The notes: generated from the sequence alone by a model not told the origin. A stretch of DNA of 64,000 nt from an uncultured delta proteobacterium (GCA_963712235.1 CAVQHC010000009.1:137086-201085); one strand, 5' to 3'. Positions 9,510-18,350 are shown, numbered from the stretch's first letter. Made by a program: numbers and translations.

Positions 9510-10355
9510 TCAAGCGCTTTGAGACGGCACGCCCTTTTTCGCTGGGGTGTCGAGTGGTTTGAGGGGCGGGTCAGATCGCCACAGCCGGGGCAATACCTTC
9601 GGTACGCTCTTTCGATAGGCGAGGTAGCGCTCGCCGAACTGGCGCACGAGGTCCCGCTCTTCGAAATAAAGGCCGACGAATACGTACGAAGACATCGCCG
9701 TCGCAAATACACAGTGCCCAACGGTCATGACCGGGGCCGCCCAGATTCCGATCAAGATGCCTAGTTGGATCGGGTGCCGTACCACGCGATAGATGGCTGG
9801 GGTGCGAAACTCCAGATGGGGAACCGATCGGCCGCGAAAAGCGCTCCATGCCTGCGTAAGGCCGAACAAGTGGAAGTGATTGAGCGCAAACGTCGCCCAG
9901 ACGAGGGTGGTCCAGCCGACGGCTTGCACTGCTAGAATGAAGTAGAAGGCCACCGGCTGCTCAACGCGCCAAAGCAGCGTGGTCATCGGCGACCAGAACG
10001 CGAAGGCGAGTGCGAGACATGCAACGGTTGCAAGCACGTAAGTCGCTCGCTCGGCGGGCTCGGGAACGACTTTGGTCCAGGCCTTCTTGAATGAGCGCCG
10101 TGCCATCACACTGTGCTGCAGGCCGAAGAGCAGGACGAGGCCAAGGTTGATTGCAACGGCGGCGGCCCAGTGTCGTGGCGTGCCCGAGTTGATGGACGGA
10201 AGAATGGGGACGTCGTTGAGGAACATCACCATCCAGAGGAAGACAGCATGGAACCCCAAATAACAGACGGTCGCGTAAAGCAATATGGCCCAGCGGCTGA
10301 GCGCCGAACGCGGTGCGGCTGGGCGAGCTGGATTGGAATGATCAATGTGCGTCAT
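9510..10355 (-). CDS. polytopic membrane methyltransferase of the ICMT/PEMT superfamily, MddA-like (possible methanethiol S-methyltransferase)
   Basis: Multiple TM helices. Motifs LLFGLQHSVMARRSFKKAW and YRVVRHPIQLGILIGIWAAP resemble the isoprenylcysteine/phospholipid methyltransferase fold and, from memory, the MddA family. Confidence 0.65.
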   Translation of the reverse strand: MTHIDHSNPARPAAPRSALSRWAILLYATVCYLGFHAVFLWMVMFLNDVPILPSINSGTPRHWAAAVAINLGLVLLFGLQHSVMARRSFKKAWTKVVPEPAERATYVLATVACLALAFAFWSPMTTLLWRVEQPVAFYFILAVQAVGWTTLVWATFALNHFHLFGLTQAWSAFRGRSVPHLEFRTPAIYRVVRHPIQLGILIGIWAAPVMTVGHCVFATAMSSYVFVGLYFEERDLVRQFGERYLAYRKSVPKVLPRLWRSDPPLKPLDTPAKKGVPSQSA

Positions 10356-10446
10356 GGCGTTCTCCTGTGTCGCGAGGACGGTCGTCGTCCTCTCCCAAGA
10401 GGCGCCAGGGCGGGTCGCGCGGCTCGCTAGACCATTCCTAGCGGGG

Positions 10447-11829
10447 TCAGACCCGCCAATCGACAGCCGTTTTCGGCTCGTAGCAGCAGAATGAGCCCGT
10501 ACGGACCGCCGCGGAGAAGTGCTCGCCGGCGGCTGGGTGGGCCTCGGCGATGCGCTGGATGCTCTCCCGAATCCGCGCGGTTACTGCCTTGCGTGCGCGT
10601 TCGCTCGGGTCCTTGAGCTTGCGACTTCGACCTCTGAGCCCGGTTGCCGCGCGAAGCTCGGCGAAGATTGCATCGTGCTCGCTCTCGAGCCGCTGGATTC
10701 GGCCGAGGTCGTTGAACGACTGCGCTTCCTCGAGGTCCTCCTCGATGGCCTGCAAGCGCGCGCGGTATTCGTTCCGCGCACGCTCATCCAAAACCTCATC
10801 GCTACCCTCGGACGCCGTCCGCTGTTCGATTCCCTGCATGAGCGCAGCGGCCGCGACCTCTCGTCCCGGGGCCGCCAGCATTACCGCAAGGTCGGTGAGC
10901 CCCTTGCTGTGCTTGAGGTGCGTATGAACGCTGTCAAACGTGAGCGTCCAGACGTCGCCTTGGCGCACGAGCGCGTTTCGCTCGGAGTCGATGGTCCGCG
11001 GTCTGGCTCGAGCTCTTTCGCCCGTCCCGAGGAAGGCGAAGACCGCGTCCAGCACTGGACCGGTGTCGCCTTCCCACGGTGGATGGGCCGTGCCCTCGAG
11101 CGGGGTAAAACACGCGCCCGGAAGGGTCGCGGCGAGCTCGCGCCCAGCGTCGAAAGGAATGGCGCTGTCGTCGTGCCGGTGCAGCACGAGGCATGGCACA
11201 CTAACCCGAGGCGCGATCGACGCGACATCGCCCGAGTAGGTCAGCGATAGCAGCTGCGCCGCGGTCTCGCTGTCGGCGGCATCACGTTGCATATTGGTCG
11301 TACGCCGAATTTGCTCGGGTGAAAGGTCTGGTGTGAAAATCGAGGCGAGCGTCTTCGAGCCGAGTCCCCAGCTTGCTCGAACGAGGCCCAGCATGGCTGC
11401 GCGCACCTCTGGGTTGCCGATGGTGCAGCCCCGAAGATACGAGCCGTGCAGAATGATGTTTCGAACCCTCGTCGGGTGCCGAACCGCGTAGGTGACTGCC
11501 GTTGGCCCGCCGCATGAAACCGCAAAGAGTGTGACGTCTTCGAGCCCCAAGTGGTCGATGAGGCACTCCAAATCCGCTACCTCGCGCTCGACGGTCATGT
11601 CGCGAGTTTCGCGTCTGCGGTCGCTGAGCCCTACGCCCACTCGATCGTAGCGAACCACGGAGTGATGCTGCGCCAGCGCGCTGAAGAATTCGCGAAACTG
11701 GTCGTGCTCCCAATCCTTCTCGGCGTGGCTGATCCACCAGGCCGGGAACAGGATCGCCGGCCCCTCGCCATCGATGGCATAGGCGAGCCGTTCTCCGCCA
11801 GTGGCCTCGCAAAATCGGATATTTGGCAC
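10447..11829 (-). CDS. alpha/beta-hydrolase domain fused to a C-terminal helical regulator-like domain
   Basis: N-terminal ~270 aa: alpha/beta fold with the nucleophile elbow FAVSCGG, later HRHDDSAIP and EGTAHPP (candidate Ser-Asp-His triad). C-terminal ~180 aa: GDVWTLTFDS...HLKHSKGLTDLAVMLAAPGREV...YRARLQAIEEDLEEAQSFND...ERARKAVTARIRESIQRI...RTGSFCCYEP. Confidence 0.75.
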   Translation of the reverse strand: MPNIRFCEATGGERLAYAIDGEGPAILFPAWWISHAEKDWEHDQFREFFSALAQHHSVVRYDRVGVGLSDRRRETRDMTVEREVADLECLIDHLGLEDVTLFAVSCGGPTAVTYAVRHPTRVRNIILHGSYLRGCTIGNPEVRAAMLGLVRASWGLGSKTLASIFTPDLSPEQIRRTTNMQRDAADSETAAQLLSLTYSGDVASIAPRVSVPCLVLHRHDDSAIPFDAGRELAATLPGACFTPLEGTAHPPWEGDTGPVLDAVFAFLGTGERARARPRTIDSERNALVRQGDVWTLTFDSVHTHLKHSKGLTDLAVMLAAPGREVAAAALMQGIEQRTASEGSDEVLDERARNEYRARLQAIEEDLEEAQSFNDLGRIQRLESEHDAIFAELRAATGLRGRSRKLKDPSERARKAVTARIRESIQRIAEAHPAAGEHFSAAVRTGSFCCYEPKTAVDWRV

Positions 11830-11982
11830 GCTGGAATCCTATCTGGCCTGTAGGTCTAGGACAACGGCCATGCGCGAGCTAGCGGCCGCTTGTTCTTTTC
11901 TGGCGCCTCTTCAGCATGGCGCTGCTCCGAAAGAACAGCCCAACGTGCACTTACGCAGAAGTGCCAACTCGAAAGGCAAGTC

Positions 11983-12750
11983 ATGACATATCCGCACGTC
12001 GTCGATCCATCAAACCCTGGGGAGCTCATGAATCAACGACGCGGTGGGCTCATCCGAGCCTATCGCAAGGAGCCCGAACGGGCGATGATCCAGGACAAGG
12101 CGCGCACTGCGCAGACACGATACGCGCCCGGCGATCCTCTCCACAGCGAGGTCGAAATCGGACTTGGATACGGTGGCGCAACGGCACAAGTCGGCGTGCA
12201 CCGCGCGCTCGGCGGCTTGCACGATTTTCCAAACCCAGGTGACATGTTGTGCGCCGCGCTAGCGGTATGCACCGATTCGACGATTCGTCAGATCGCCGGC
12301 CAATTGCGTGTCGAGATTCGGACGCTCGAGGTCTCGGTCGTGGGCGATATCGATGTACGCGGCACGCTTTGCGTATCGCAAGAGGTCCCGGTCGGGTTTC
12401 AACAGATGACCGTGAGCGTGCGCCTGGAGTTGGGGCAGGACACTCCGCCGCGAATGAAGGCCAAGCTGTTGGCCGCCGCAGAGCACTGCTGCGTGGTGCT
12501 ACAGACGCTTCGCGAAGGCGTGCCGGTGACGATCGAACTGAGCGCTGGCACTGACACGAGGCACTGGCACTGGCACGGTCGGCATAGGATAGGCGGCAGC
12601 GTCGGCGACGCTAGCGCGAAGGGTGAGGCCGTGCAGGCCACCCGATTTCCCTCGAGCGGTACACCCGTGGCGGACTTCGATGCCAGGTACGACCTGCGGA
12701 GCTGGCGCCTTCGGCGCTTCCCTGTTCGGTGGGGTAGTCTCGCCTCTTGA
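11983..12750 (+). CDS. OsmC/Ohr-family peroxiredoxin-like protein with an odd low-complexity C-terminal tail
   Basis: [20 protein letters not shown]...[16 protein letters not shown] carries the two conserved Cys regions of OsmC-like proteins. Start chosen at the ATG at 11983 (MTYPHVV). The last ~69 codons ([16 protein letters not shown]...) look non-protein-like, so the true 3' end is uncertain. Confidence 0.7.
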   Translation: MTYPHVVDPSNPGELMNQRRGGLIRAYRKEPERAMIQDKARTAQTRYAPGDPLHSEVEIGLGYGGATAQVGVHRALGGLHDFPNPGDMLCAALAVCTDSTIRQIAGQLRVEIRTLEVSVVGDIDVRGTLCVSQEVPVGFQQMTVSVRLELGQDTPPRMKAKLLAAAEHCCVVLQTLREGVPVTIELSAGTDTRHWHWHGRHRIGGSVGDASAKGEAVQATRFPSSGTPVADFDARYDLRSWRLRRFPVRWGSLAS

Positions 12751-12800
12751 TTCGCACAACGCCACCGGTGTTGACGGAGGCGTTGGGGGGTCGTAGGAAC

Positions 12801-15135
12801 ATGATCAAATGTATTTCAAGTTCAGAGAACCGTCTTTTCCTCAGCCTGATGGTGGTAGCACTGGGCGCCGCCACTGCCTGCCAGCGGAGCGCACCCTCGG
12901 AGGAGCGGCCGGAAGAGAGTCCCCAAGAAAGTCCCCAAGAGAGTCCCCAAGAGAGCACGACGACGGGGGCCGCGATAAAGCTCGACCCGACGGAAGCCAA
13001 ACCCAACGAGTACTGGTGGCCGGAGTCGCTGAACCTCAAACCTCTCCGCGACAACTCGCCCGAGTCCAATCCGCTGGGCCCAGAATTCGACTATCGCAAA
13101 GAGTTTGCGAAAGTGGACTACGCCGAGCTCAAGAAGGACCTCGAGGCAATTCTTACGGACTCGAAGGACTGGTGGCCGGCGGACTACGGCAACTACGGGC
13201 CGCTCTTCATTCGCATGGCCTGGCACAGCGCAGGTACGTACCGAGTGAGCGACGGTCGCGGCGGCGCCGACGGCGGACAGCAGCGCTTCAAACCCCTCAA
13301 CAGCTGGCCCGACAATACCAATCTCGACAAGGCGCGTCGTCTGCTTTGGCCGGTCAAGGAGAAGTACGGCCACAGCGTGTCGTGGGCGGACCTGATGATC
13401 CTCTCCGCAAACGTCGGTATGGAGCAGATGGGCTTCGAGACGCTCGGTTTCTCGGGTGGCCGCGTGGACGACTGGGAGGCGGACCTCGTGTACTGGGGAC
13501 CCGAGGATGAGATGCTCGGCTCGAGCCCGGAGCGCTTCCACGGCGAAAAGGAGCGCACCGTAGCTCTGGGCCTCGGCGCGTCTCACATGGGGTTGATTTA
13601 CGTGAATCCGGAGGGCCCGGACGGCAATCCAGACCCGGTCGCCGCCGCGTACGACATTCGAAGCACCTTCGGCAACATGGCCATGAACGACGAAGAGACC
13701 GTCGCTTTGATCGCCGGCGGCCACACCTTCGGCAAGTCGCACGGCGCGCGGCCAATGGACTGTGTTGGCAGCGACCCGGCTGCATCCGACATCGAAGCGC
13801 AGGGCTTCGGCTGGCACAACAAGTGTGGCAAGGGGAACGCGGAGGACACCACGACCAGCGGGCTCGAAGGCGCGTGGACCTCGGCGCCGATCAACTGGAC
13901 CCACCAGTACCTCGCCAATTTGTTCAACTTCGAGTGGTCGCTGACCAAGAGTCCGGCCGGCGCGCATCAGTGGGAGCCTGACGGCGATGTCAAGACCGTC
14001 CCCGACGCCCACGTCGCCGGCAAGATGCACGAGCCGATGATGCTTACTACCGACCTCTCGATGCGTCTGGACCCCAAGTACCAAAAGATCGCCAAACGCT
14101 TCCTCGAAAACCGAGAGGAGTTCGAGGATGCTTTCGCGAAGGCCTGGTTCAAGCTGATCCACCGCGACCTTGGACCGAAGTCCCGCTATGTGGGCCCGGA
14201 GGCACCGGAAGAAGACTTCCTTTGGCAGGACCCGGTGCCTGCGGTCGACCACCCGCTCATCAACGAGCGGTGACGCCGCCCGCATCAAGAAGGACATCCT
14301 TGCTGCGGGCATCTCGGTCCCAGACCTGGTGCGCACCGCCTGGGCGGCCGCCTCGAGCTACCGGGACACCGACATGCGCGGCGGCGCCAACGGCGCCCGC
14401 ATTCGACTCGCGCCGCAGAAGGACTGGGCGGCGAACGACCCCGCGACCCTCTCAGCGGTTCTCGACAAACTCGAATCGGTTCAGGCGGAGTTCAACGCCT
14501 CGATGACGGGCAACAAGCAAGTTTCACTCGCGGACGTCATCGTCCTCGGCGGCGCTGCGGCCATCGAAAAGGCAGCGGCGGACGCCGGGCTCGACGTCAC
14601 CGTCCCCTTGGCCCCCGGGCGCACGGACGCGTCGCAGGACCAAACGGATGTCGACTCCTTCAGCTATCTCGAGCCGAAGTTTGACGGCTTCCGCAACTAC
14701 TACGCGGGTGAAGGCGCCGACGAACGAGGACGGTCGCCCTCGCAGCTTCTCATCGAGAAGGCAGACCTGCTCGACCTCACGGTCCCCGAGATGACTGTTT
14801 TGCTGGGCGGTATGCGAGCACTCGACGCAAACGCAGGAGGGTCGAAGGCGGGAGTCTTCACCAAGCGCCCGGGCACGCTGTCGAACGACTTCTTCGTGAA
14901 CCTCCTCGACATGGGTACCAAGTGGAACAAAACGGGCGAGAACGCCTACGAGGGCGTCGACCGCGAGTCCGGGGACTCCAAGTGGACGGCGACCGAGGTC
15001 GACCTGGTATTCGGCTCGAACTCCGAGCTTCGGGCGGTCGCAGAGCTCTACGCCTACGATCAACAGAAGTTCGCGAGCGACTTCGTGTCGGCGTGGACCA
15101 AGGTGATGCAGGCCGACCGCTTCGACCTCCAGTAG
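12801..15135 (+). pseudogene. katG: catalase-peroxidase KatG with an N-terminal lipoprotein-type signal, interrupted by a single-nucleotide frameshift at about 14268-14271
   Basis: Two track ORFs (12747..14273 and 14170..15135) together form one KatG: [42 protein letters not shown] in the first; [31 protein letters not shown] and [15 protein letters not shown] in the second. At the junction ...DHPLINE is followed by 4 nt (cggt) and then [10 protein letters not shown] in the +1 frame. In-frame TGA at 14271-14273. Confidence 0.9.
12915..12956 (+). repeat. 12-nt tandem coding repeat (ESPQ x3 plus a partial unit) in the KatG N-terminal linker
   Basis: gagagtccccaa / gaaagtccccaa / gagagtccccaa / gagagc, translated [15 protein letters not shown], lying between the signal peptide and the catalytic domain. 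Confidence 0.9.
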
Positions 15136-15223
15136 GTCGTCAGTCGGGCTGCGGCGGTAAACCGTCCGTCCGCACGGGAGAACGCAGGCAGCGATCAGCC
15201 GCCCTTGCGTGAGTCCAACGCGG

Positions 15224-15304
15224 TGCCGGGGGCGGGACTCGAACCCACACGTGTTGCCACGGGCGATTTTAAGTCGCCTGCGTCTGCCATTCCGCCACCC
15301 CGGC
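15224..15304 (-). tRNA. tRNA-Leu (anticodon UAA)
   Basis: The reverse complement GCCGGGGTGGCGGAATGGCAGACGCAGGCGACTTAAAATCGCCCGTGGCAACACGTGTGGGTTCGAGTCCCGCCCCCGGCA folds by hand. Acceptor GCCGGGG/CCCCGGC, anticodon stem GGCGA/TCGCC with loop CTTAAAA, long variable arm CGTG..CACG, T-loop TTCGAGT. CCA is not encoded. Confidence 0.85.
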
Positions 15305-15322
15305 AAGGCGCGAATCATCGCG

Positions 15323-15730
15323 TTAATGAATGAGCTCGTCCACCCGTCGGGGCATCTGCGGGCCGGGCCGCTCTGGGCCCGTGTCGACAATCCGGTTCTT
15401 GCTGTCGACCAGCACGACCTTTGGTTTATGCGCTCGCGCCTCTTTGTCGGTCATTTCGCCAAAGGTGGCGATAATCGCCAGGTCGCCGGGACTCATGTGA
15501 TGAGCGGCGGCGCCGTTGACGCAGATCACGCCGGAGCCTCGCGGACCCTCGAGCGCATAGGTCGCTAGGCGCGTGCCCTGCGTGATGTTCCAGATCTGAA
15601 CTTCTTCGTGCTCGAGGATGCCTGCGGCATCGAGCAGGTTGGCGTCGATCGTTACGCTGCCTTCGTAGTCCAAGTCCGCGTGGGTGATCGTAGCTCGGTG
15701 AATCTTTCCGAGGAACATTCGTCGGCGCAT
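15323..15730 (-). CDS. panD: aspartate 1-decarboxylase proenzyme
   Basis: [29 protein letters not shown]... includes the self-cleavage Gly-Ser site context (YEGS). Confidence 0.9.
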   Translation of the reverse strand: MRRRMFLGKIHRATITHADLDYEGSVTIDANLLDAAGILEHEEVQIWNITQGTRLATYALEGPRGSGVICVNGAAAHHMSPGDLAIIATFGEMTDKEARAHKPKVVLVDSKNRIVDTGPERPGPQMPRRVDELIH

Positions 15731-15853
15731 GTTTTGAACCTCCGTAGCGTCCCGAAATGGGTACGCTCAGATGCCATGAGAACGTAACCCCTGATTCAGA
15801 ACGCCGCAAGCATTCGCATCAATTGCGATCCCAGCGGCCAATTTTGAACAATT

Positions 15854-16192
15854 TCAGGCGGTAGGCGCGGTGATGAACTCGAGCCCCAGCAGGTAGCCAT
15901 CCGGTCGGGCCTGGGACCAGACGACCCTCGCATGCTCGACCGTCGCGTGGTCGGGCGCCGTCCGGACCCGCAGCGTACAGACATGATCGAGAGGCACGCC
16001 CATGTCGACCGCCACCCGCAGGCCACCGACGCTCGCATTGATCGCCAGGCCGGCGCCTCGCGTTGGCGTGAGGAGCTCGATCTCGGCATCGAGAGGCCAG
16101 CGCCGGAACCGACGACGCGCACCGCGGTGCACGGCAACATCGACGCCGCCCTTCGGCAGAATCGAAGAGAGTCTTTCGGGAACGGGTGTCAC
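15854..16192 (-). CDS. single-domain PilZ protein (putative c-di-GMP receptor)
   Basis: RRRFRRWPL (RxxxR) and AINASVGGLRV (D/NxSxxG) motifs at PilZ-typical spacing. Confidence 0.7.
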   Translation of the reverse strand: MTPVPERLSSILPKGGVDVAVHRGARRRFRRWPLDAEIELLTPTRGAGLAINASVGGLRVAVDMGVPLDHVCTLRVRTAPDHATVEHARVVWSQARPDGYLLGLEFITAPTA

Positions 16193-16297
16193 GGTACCGC
16201 GGAATGTATCGAAGCGGACGATCGCTGGCTAGCGTTTTCTGCCCCCTCGCACGGCGCGAACGACCGCGCCGTTACCCTTCAGGCGGAGACACCCCGC

Positions 16298-17203
16298 TTA
16301 CTTGTTCGGATACGCACCAAAACAGAGCCCACGCAGACGCGCTACCTGTTCGCCAACTCGCGCAATCGCCCCGGCAACGCGCGTGCCGTACCAAAACAAA
16401 TCCTTTCCATCGACGGGCTCGACCAGCAGCGAGGGCGACACATCGAGCGCTCGAAATGCCATGGCGTCGTCCTCGCCAAACGCATAGGGCTCGTCGGGCA
16501 ACAGAACCGCGCGCGCACCTCGTTCAAGGACTTCTTCCAAGCGAATTCTCGGATATCGCGTATCGCGTGCGTCCGATTTTCGTCGGCCCCGAGGGCTGGC
16601 TTTTCCAAGATCGGCGGCCAAGGGGTAGAGGCGCGGGCGTCCGGAAAAGACGTTGTGCGCGCCGCAGGTTTCGAGAAGATCGCTCGCGTACGCGCCGCCG
16701 TCGAACGTCATCCATGGTCCTTTCCAGATGGGAACGAACACCGGAACCACATTGCTTTGATCTTCGCGACGCGCGCGTTGCACAGCGGTGCGACACTCCG
16801 CTACCCGATCGGACCGGTCGGCATCGACAGCGAGGAGAAGAGCCAGAGACTTTAGGTATCTGAGGGACTCGTCCACGGTGCACGGAAAGCTGACGTGCAC
16901 CGCCAAGCCGGCGGCCATGAGCGCTTGAACCAGAGGCCGGCTGTTCTCCTCCTTGTTGGCGAGGACTAAATCTGGACGCAGCGCTCGGACCGCGGCCACA
17001 TCAAAGCCCTTGGTTCCACCCACCGAGGGAATCGTCTCGACCTCGCCCAGCGGCTCGACGCAATAGTCGGTCCGTCCGACCAGCCGCCCGACGCCCGCGA
17101 GATCGGCCACCGACATGGTCTCACTCGGGACGAGCGAAACCACGCGCTCCGCAGGGCCTGCGAGCCGGACCTGCCGATCCAGTGCGTCGATGACTTCGAT
17201 CAT
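16298..17203 (-). CDS. BtuF/FhuD-like (class III, helical-backbone) substrate-binding protein
   Basis: ERVVSLVPSETMSVADLAGVGRLVGRTDYCVEP...VGGTKGFDVAAVRALRPDLVLANKEEN resembles cobalamin/siderophore-binding proteins. I see no obvious signal peptide and no adjacent permease or ATPase. Confidence 0.7.
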   Translation of the reverse strand: MIEVIDALDRQVRLAGPAERVVSLVPSETMSVADLAGVGRLVGRTDYCVEPLGEVETIPSVGGTKGFDVAAVRALRPDLVLANKEENSRPLVQALMAAGLAVHVSFPCTVDESLRYLKSLALLLAVDADRSDRVAECRTAVQRARREDQSNVVPVFVPIWKGPWMTFDGGAYASDLLETCGAHNVFSGRPRLYPLAADLGKASPRGRRKSDARDTRYPRIRLEEVLERGARAVLLPDEPYAFGEDDAMAFRALDVSPSLLVEPVDGKDLFWYGTRVAGAIARVGEQVARLRGLCFGAYPNK

Positions 17204-17382
17204 GGGAACCTCGGAGCCCTCTACTGGGGTGCCTTTCAGAGTGGTAGCACCAACCAGCTGCTGATTTGCGCGCCCGGTATCGAGGGTGGTAGGTTTCTCG
17301 ACCGAAACGCAGTTCGTCTGCGTATGGGTGGGAGGAAACCCTGAGGATTCAGGACATTCAGCAGGCGCTCGCTGACGCCGGC

Positions 17383-17763
17383 GTGGAGATTTACCAGGCC
17401 GAGGCTCGGGAGCTCCGGATCGCCGAACGCGTTCGTCTTCACATCATGGATTCCGGAGTCCGGGTCGTCCTGAACGGCGAGCTGGTCGTGCAATTCACCG
17501 CGCGCAGCCAGCTATCCGATGCCCCGTCCGCGCGGCCGGCCGAGCTTTTCCGCAGAGTTCGTCAGCAGATCGGCGAGCAGGCCGGCAGAAGGGGCTACGA
17601 AGAGCTCGGCTCGGAAATCGTCGAGGTAAAGGACCCGGTCGACGAGGCCCGCGTCCTCGACGTCTGGCATGAAGTCACGTACCGCAAACCGCTCGCAGCG
17701 GTCGACGACGCCGTGGTGGAGGTTCGTTGGGCGCTCGACCTCGAGAAATACGTTCAGCCCTGA
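17383..17763 (+). CDS. hypothetical protein (about 126-140 aa)
   Basis: ORF with a GTG start. The frame stays open upstream to a possible CTG at 17341. I recognise no family. Confidence 0.45.
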   Translation: MEIYQAEARELRIAERVRLHIMDSGVRVVLNGELVVQFTARSQLSDAPSARPAELFRRVRQQIGEQAGRRGYEELGSEIVEVKDPVDEARVLDVWHEVTYRKPLAAVDDAVVEVRWALDLEKYVQP

Positions 17764-17767
17764 TCGA

Positions 17768-18350
17768 CTAAGGGCAGAGCCGGACCACGCGCCAGCCGTT
17801 CCCATCTCGTTTGTAGAGCCAGCGATCGTGCAAGCGGTCATCGCGGTTCTCCCAGAACTCGATCGACGCTGGCGCGATGACGGTAGCCACCCCAAAACGG
17901 CGGGCGCTCGACAGGAATTCCCTCGAAGCGCTCGGCGGTCTTTTGCACGGCAGCCTCTAGGGACTCCCGCCTGTCGAGCTCGGCGCTCTGGCGTGACGCC
18001 CAGGCGCCGAGCTGGCTTCCACGGTCGCGGCTCGCGAAGTAGGCGTCGGCCTCTTCATCGGAAACACGGGTCACCCGGCCCCGGATTCGCACCTGCACCC
18101 CGGTCGTGTGCCAATGAAACGCCATCTCGGCCTGGGGGTTCACGGCCAGATCCTTTGCCTTTGCGCTCTCGAAATTCGTGAAGAAGACGAAACCGTGTTC
18201 ATCAAACCCTTTGAGCAAAACAAAGCGGACCGCGGGCCGGGCTTCTGCATCGGCCGTCGCTACGGCACAGCGGCTCGCTTCGAATTCTTCGCTTGCCCCG
18301 GCCCGCTCGTACTCGCCCGCGAATCTTGCAACTGGATCGTCTTCGCTCAT
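17768..18350 (-). pseudogene. pdxH: pyridoxamine 5'-phosphate oxidase, interrupted by a single-nucleotide frameshift at about 17879
   Basis: The track ORF gives ...RFVLLKGFDEHGFVFFTNFESAKAKDL...RPPFWGGYR and then a nonsense tail. Skipping one nt after the Arg codon (17880-17882) restores [36 protein letters not shown]-stop (stop at 17768-17770), the canonical PdxH C-terminus. The start ATG at 18348-18350 overlaps the stop of the upstream gene (ATGA). Confidence 0.85.

Noticed and set aside
12543-12557. 15-nt exact match cgctggcactgacac shared with 47608..47622, both within cactg(a/g) micro-repeats and both upstream of katG-related sequence
   Set aside because: My rough estimate is that a few 15-mer matches are expected by chance in 64 kb of GC-biased DNA on two strands. 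The flanks do not align, and the distances to katG and to the relic do not correspond.
14261-14280. Programmed ribosomal frameshift in katG
   Set aside because: There is no X-XXY-YYZ slippery heptamer or poly-A/T run at the junction (aacgagcggtgacgcc), and no obvious downstream stem-loop. An indel (real or artefactual) is the simpler explanation.
12822-14336. 504-aa ORF antisense to katG. Similar long antisense or overlapping ORFs occur at 45006..47009 (667 aa), 61284..63212 (642 aa), 31628..33052 (474 aa), 52150..53190 (346 aa) and 59716..60327.
   Set aside because: They lie opposite or out of frame to genes with strong family signatures. Their translations are Arg/Pro/Gly/Ala-rich low-complexity strings typical of stop-codon-poor high-GC DNA. 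I recognise no motifs in them.
15224-15304. tRNA-Leu as an attachment site for a genomic island
   Set aside because: I found no integrase next to it and no direct repeat of the tRNA 3' end nearby. The flanking genes (katG, panD) are ordinary chromosomal genes.
17204-17345. Possible cobalamin riboswitch upstream of the BtuF-like binding-protein gene
   Set aside because: I read the leader on the coding strand and found only a short ACGCAG-N5-CTGCGT hairpin. There is no B12-box-like or GGGAA...GGTG...GCCACTG core pattern. A covariance-model scan (Rfam cobalamin models) would be the decisive check.
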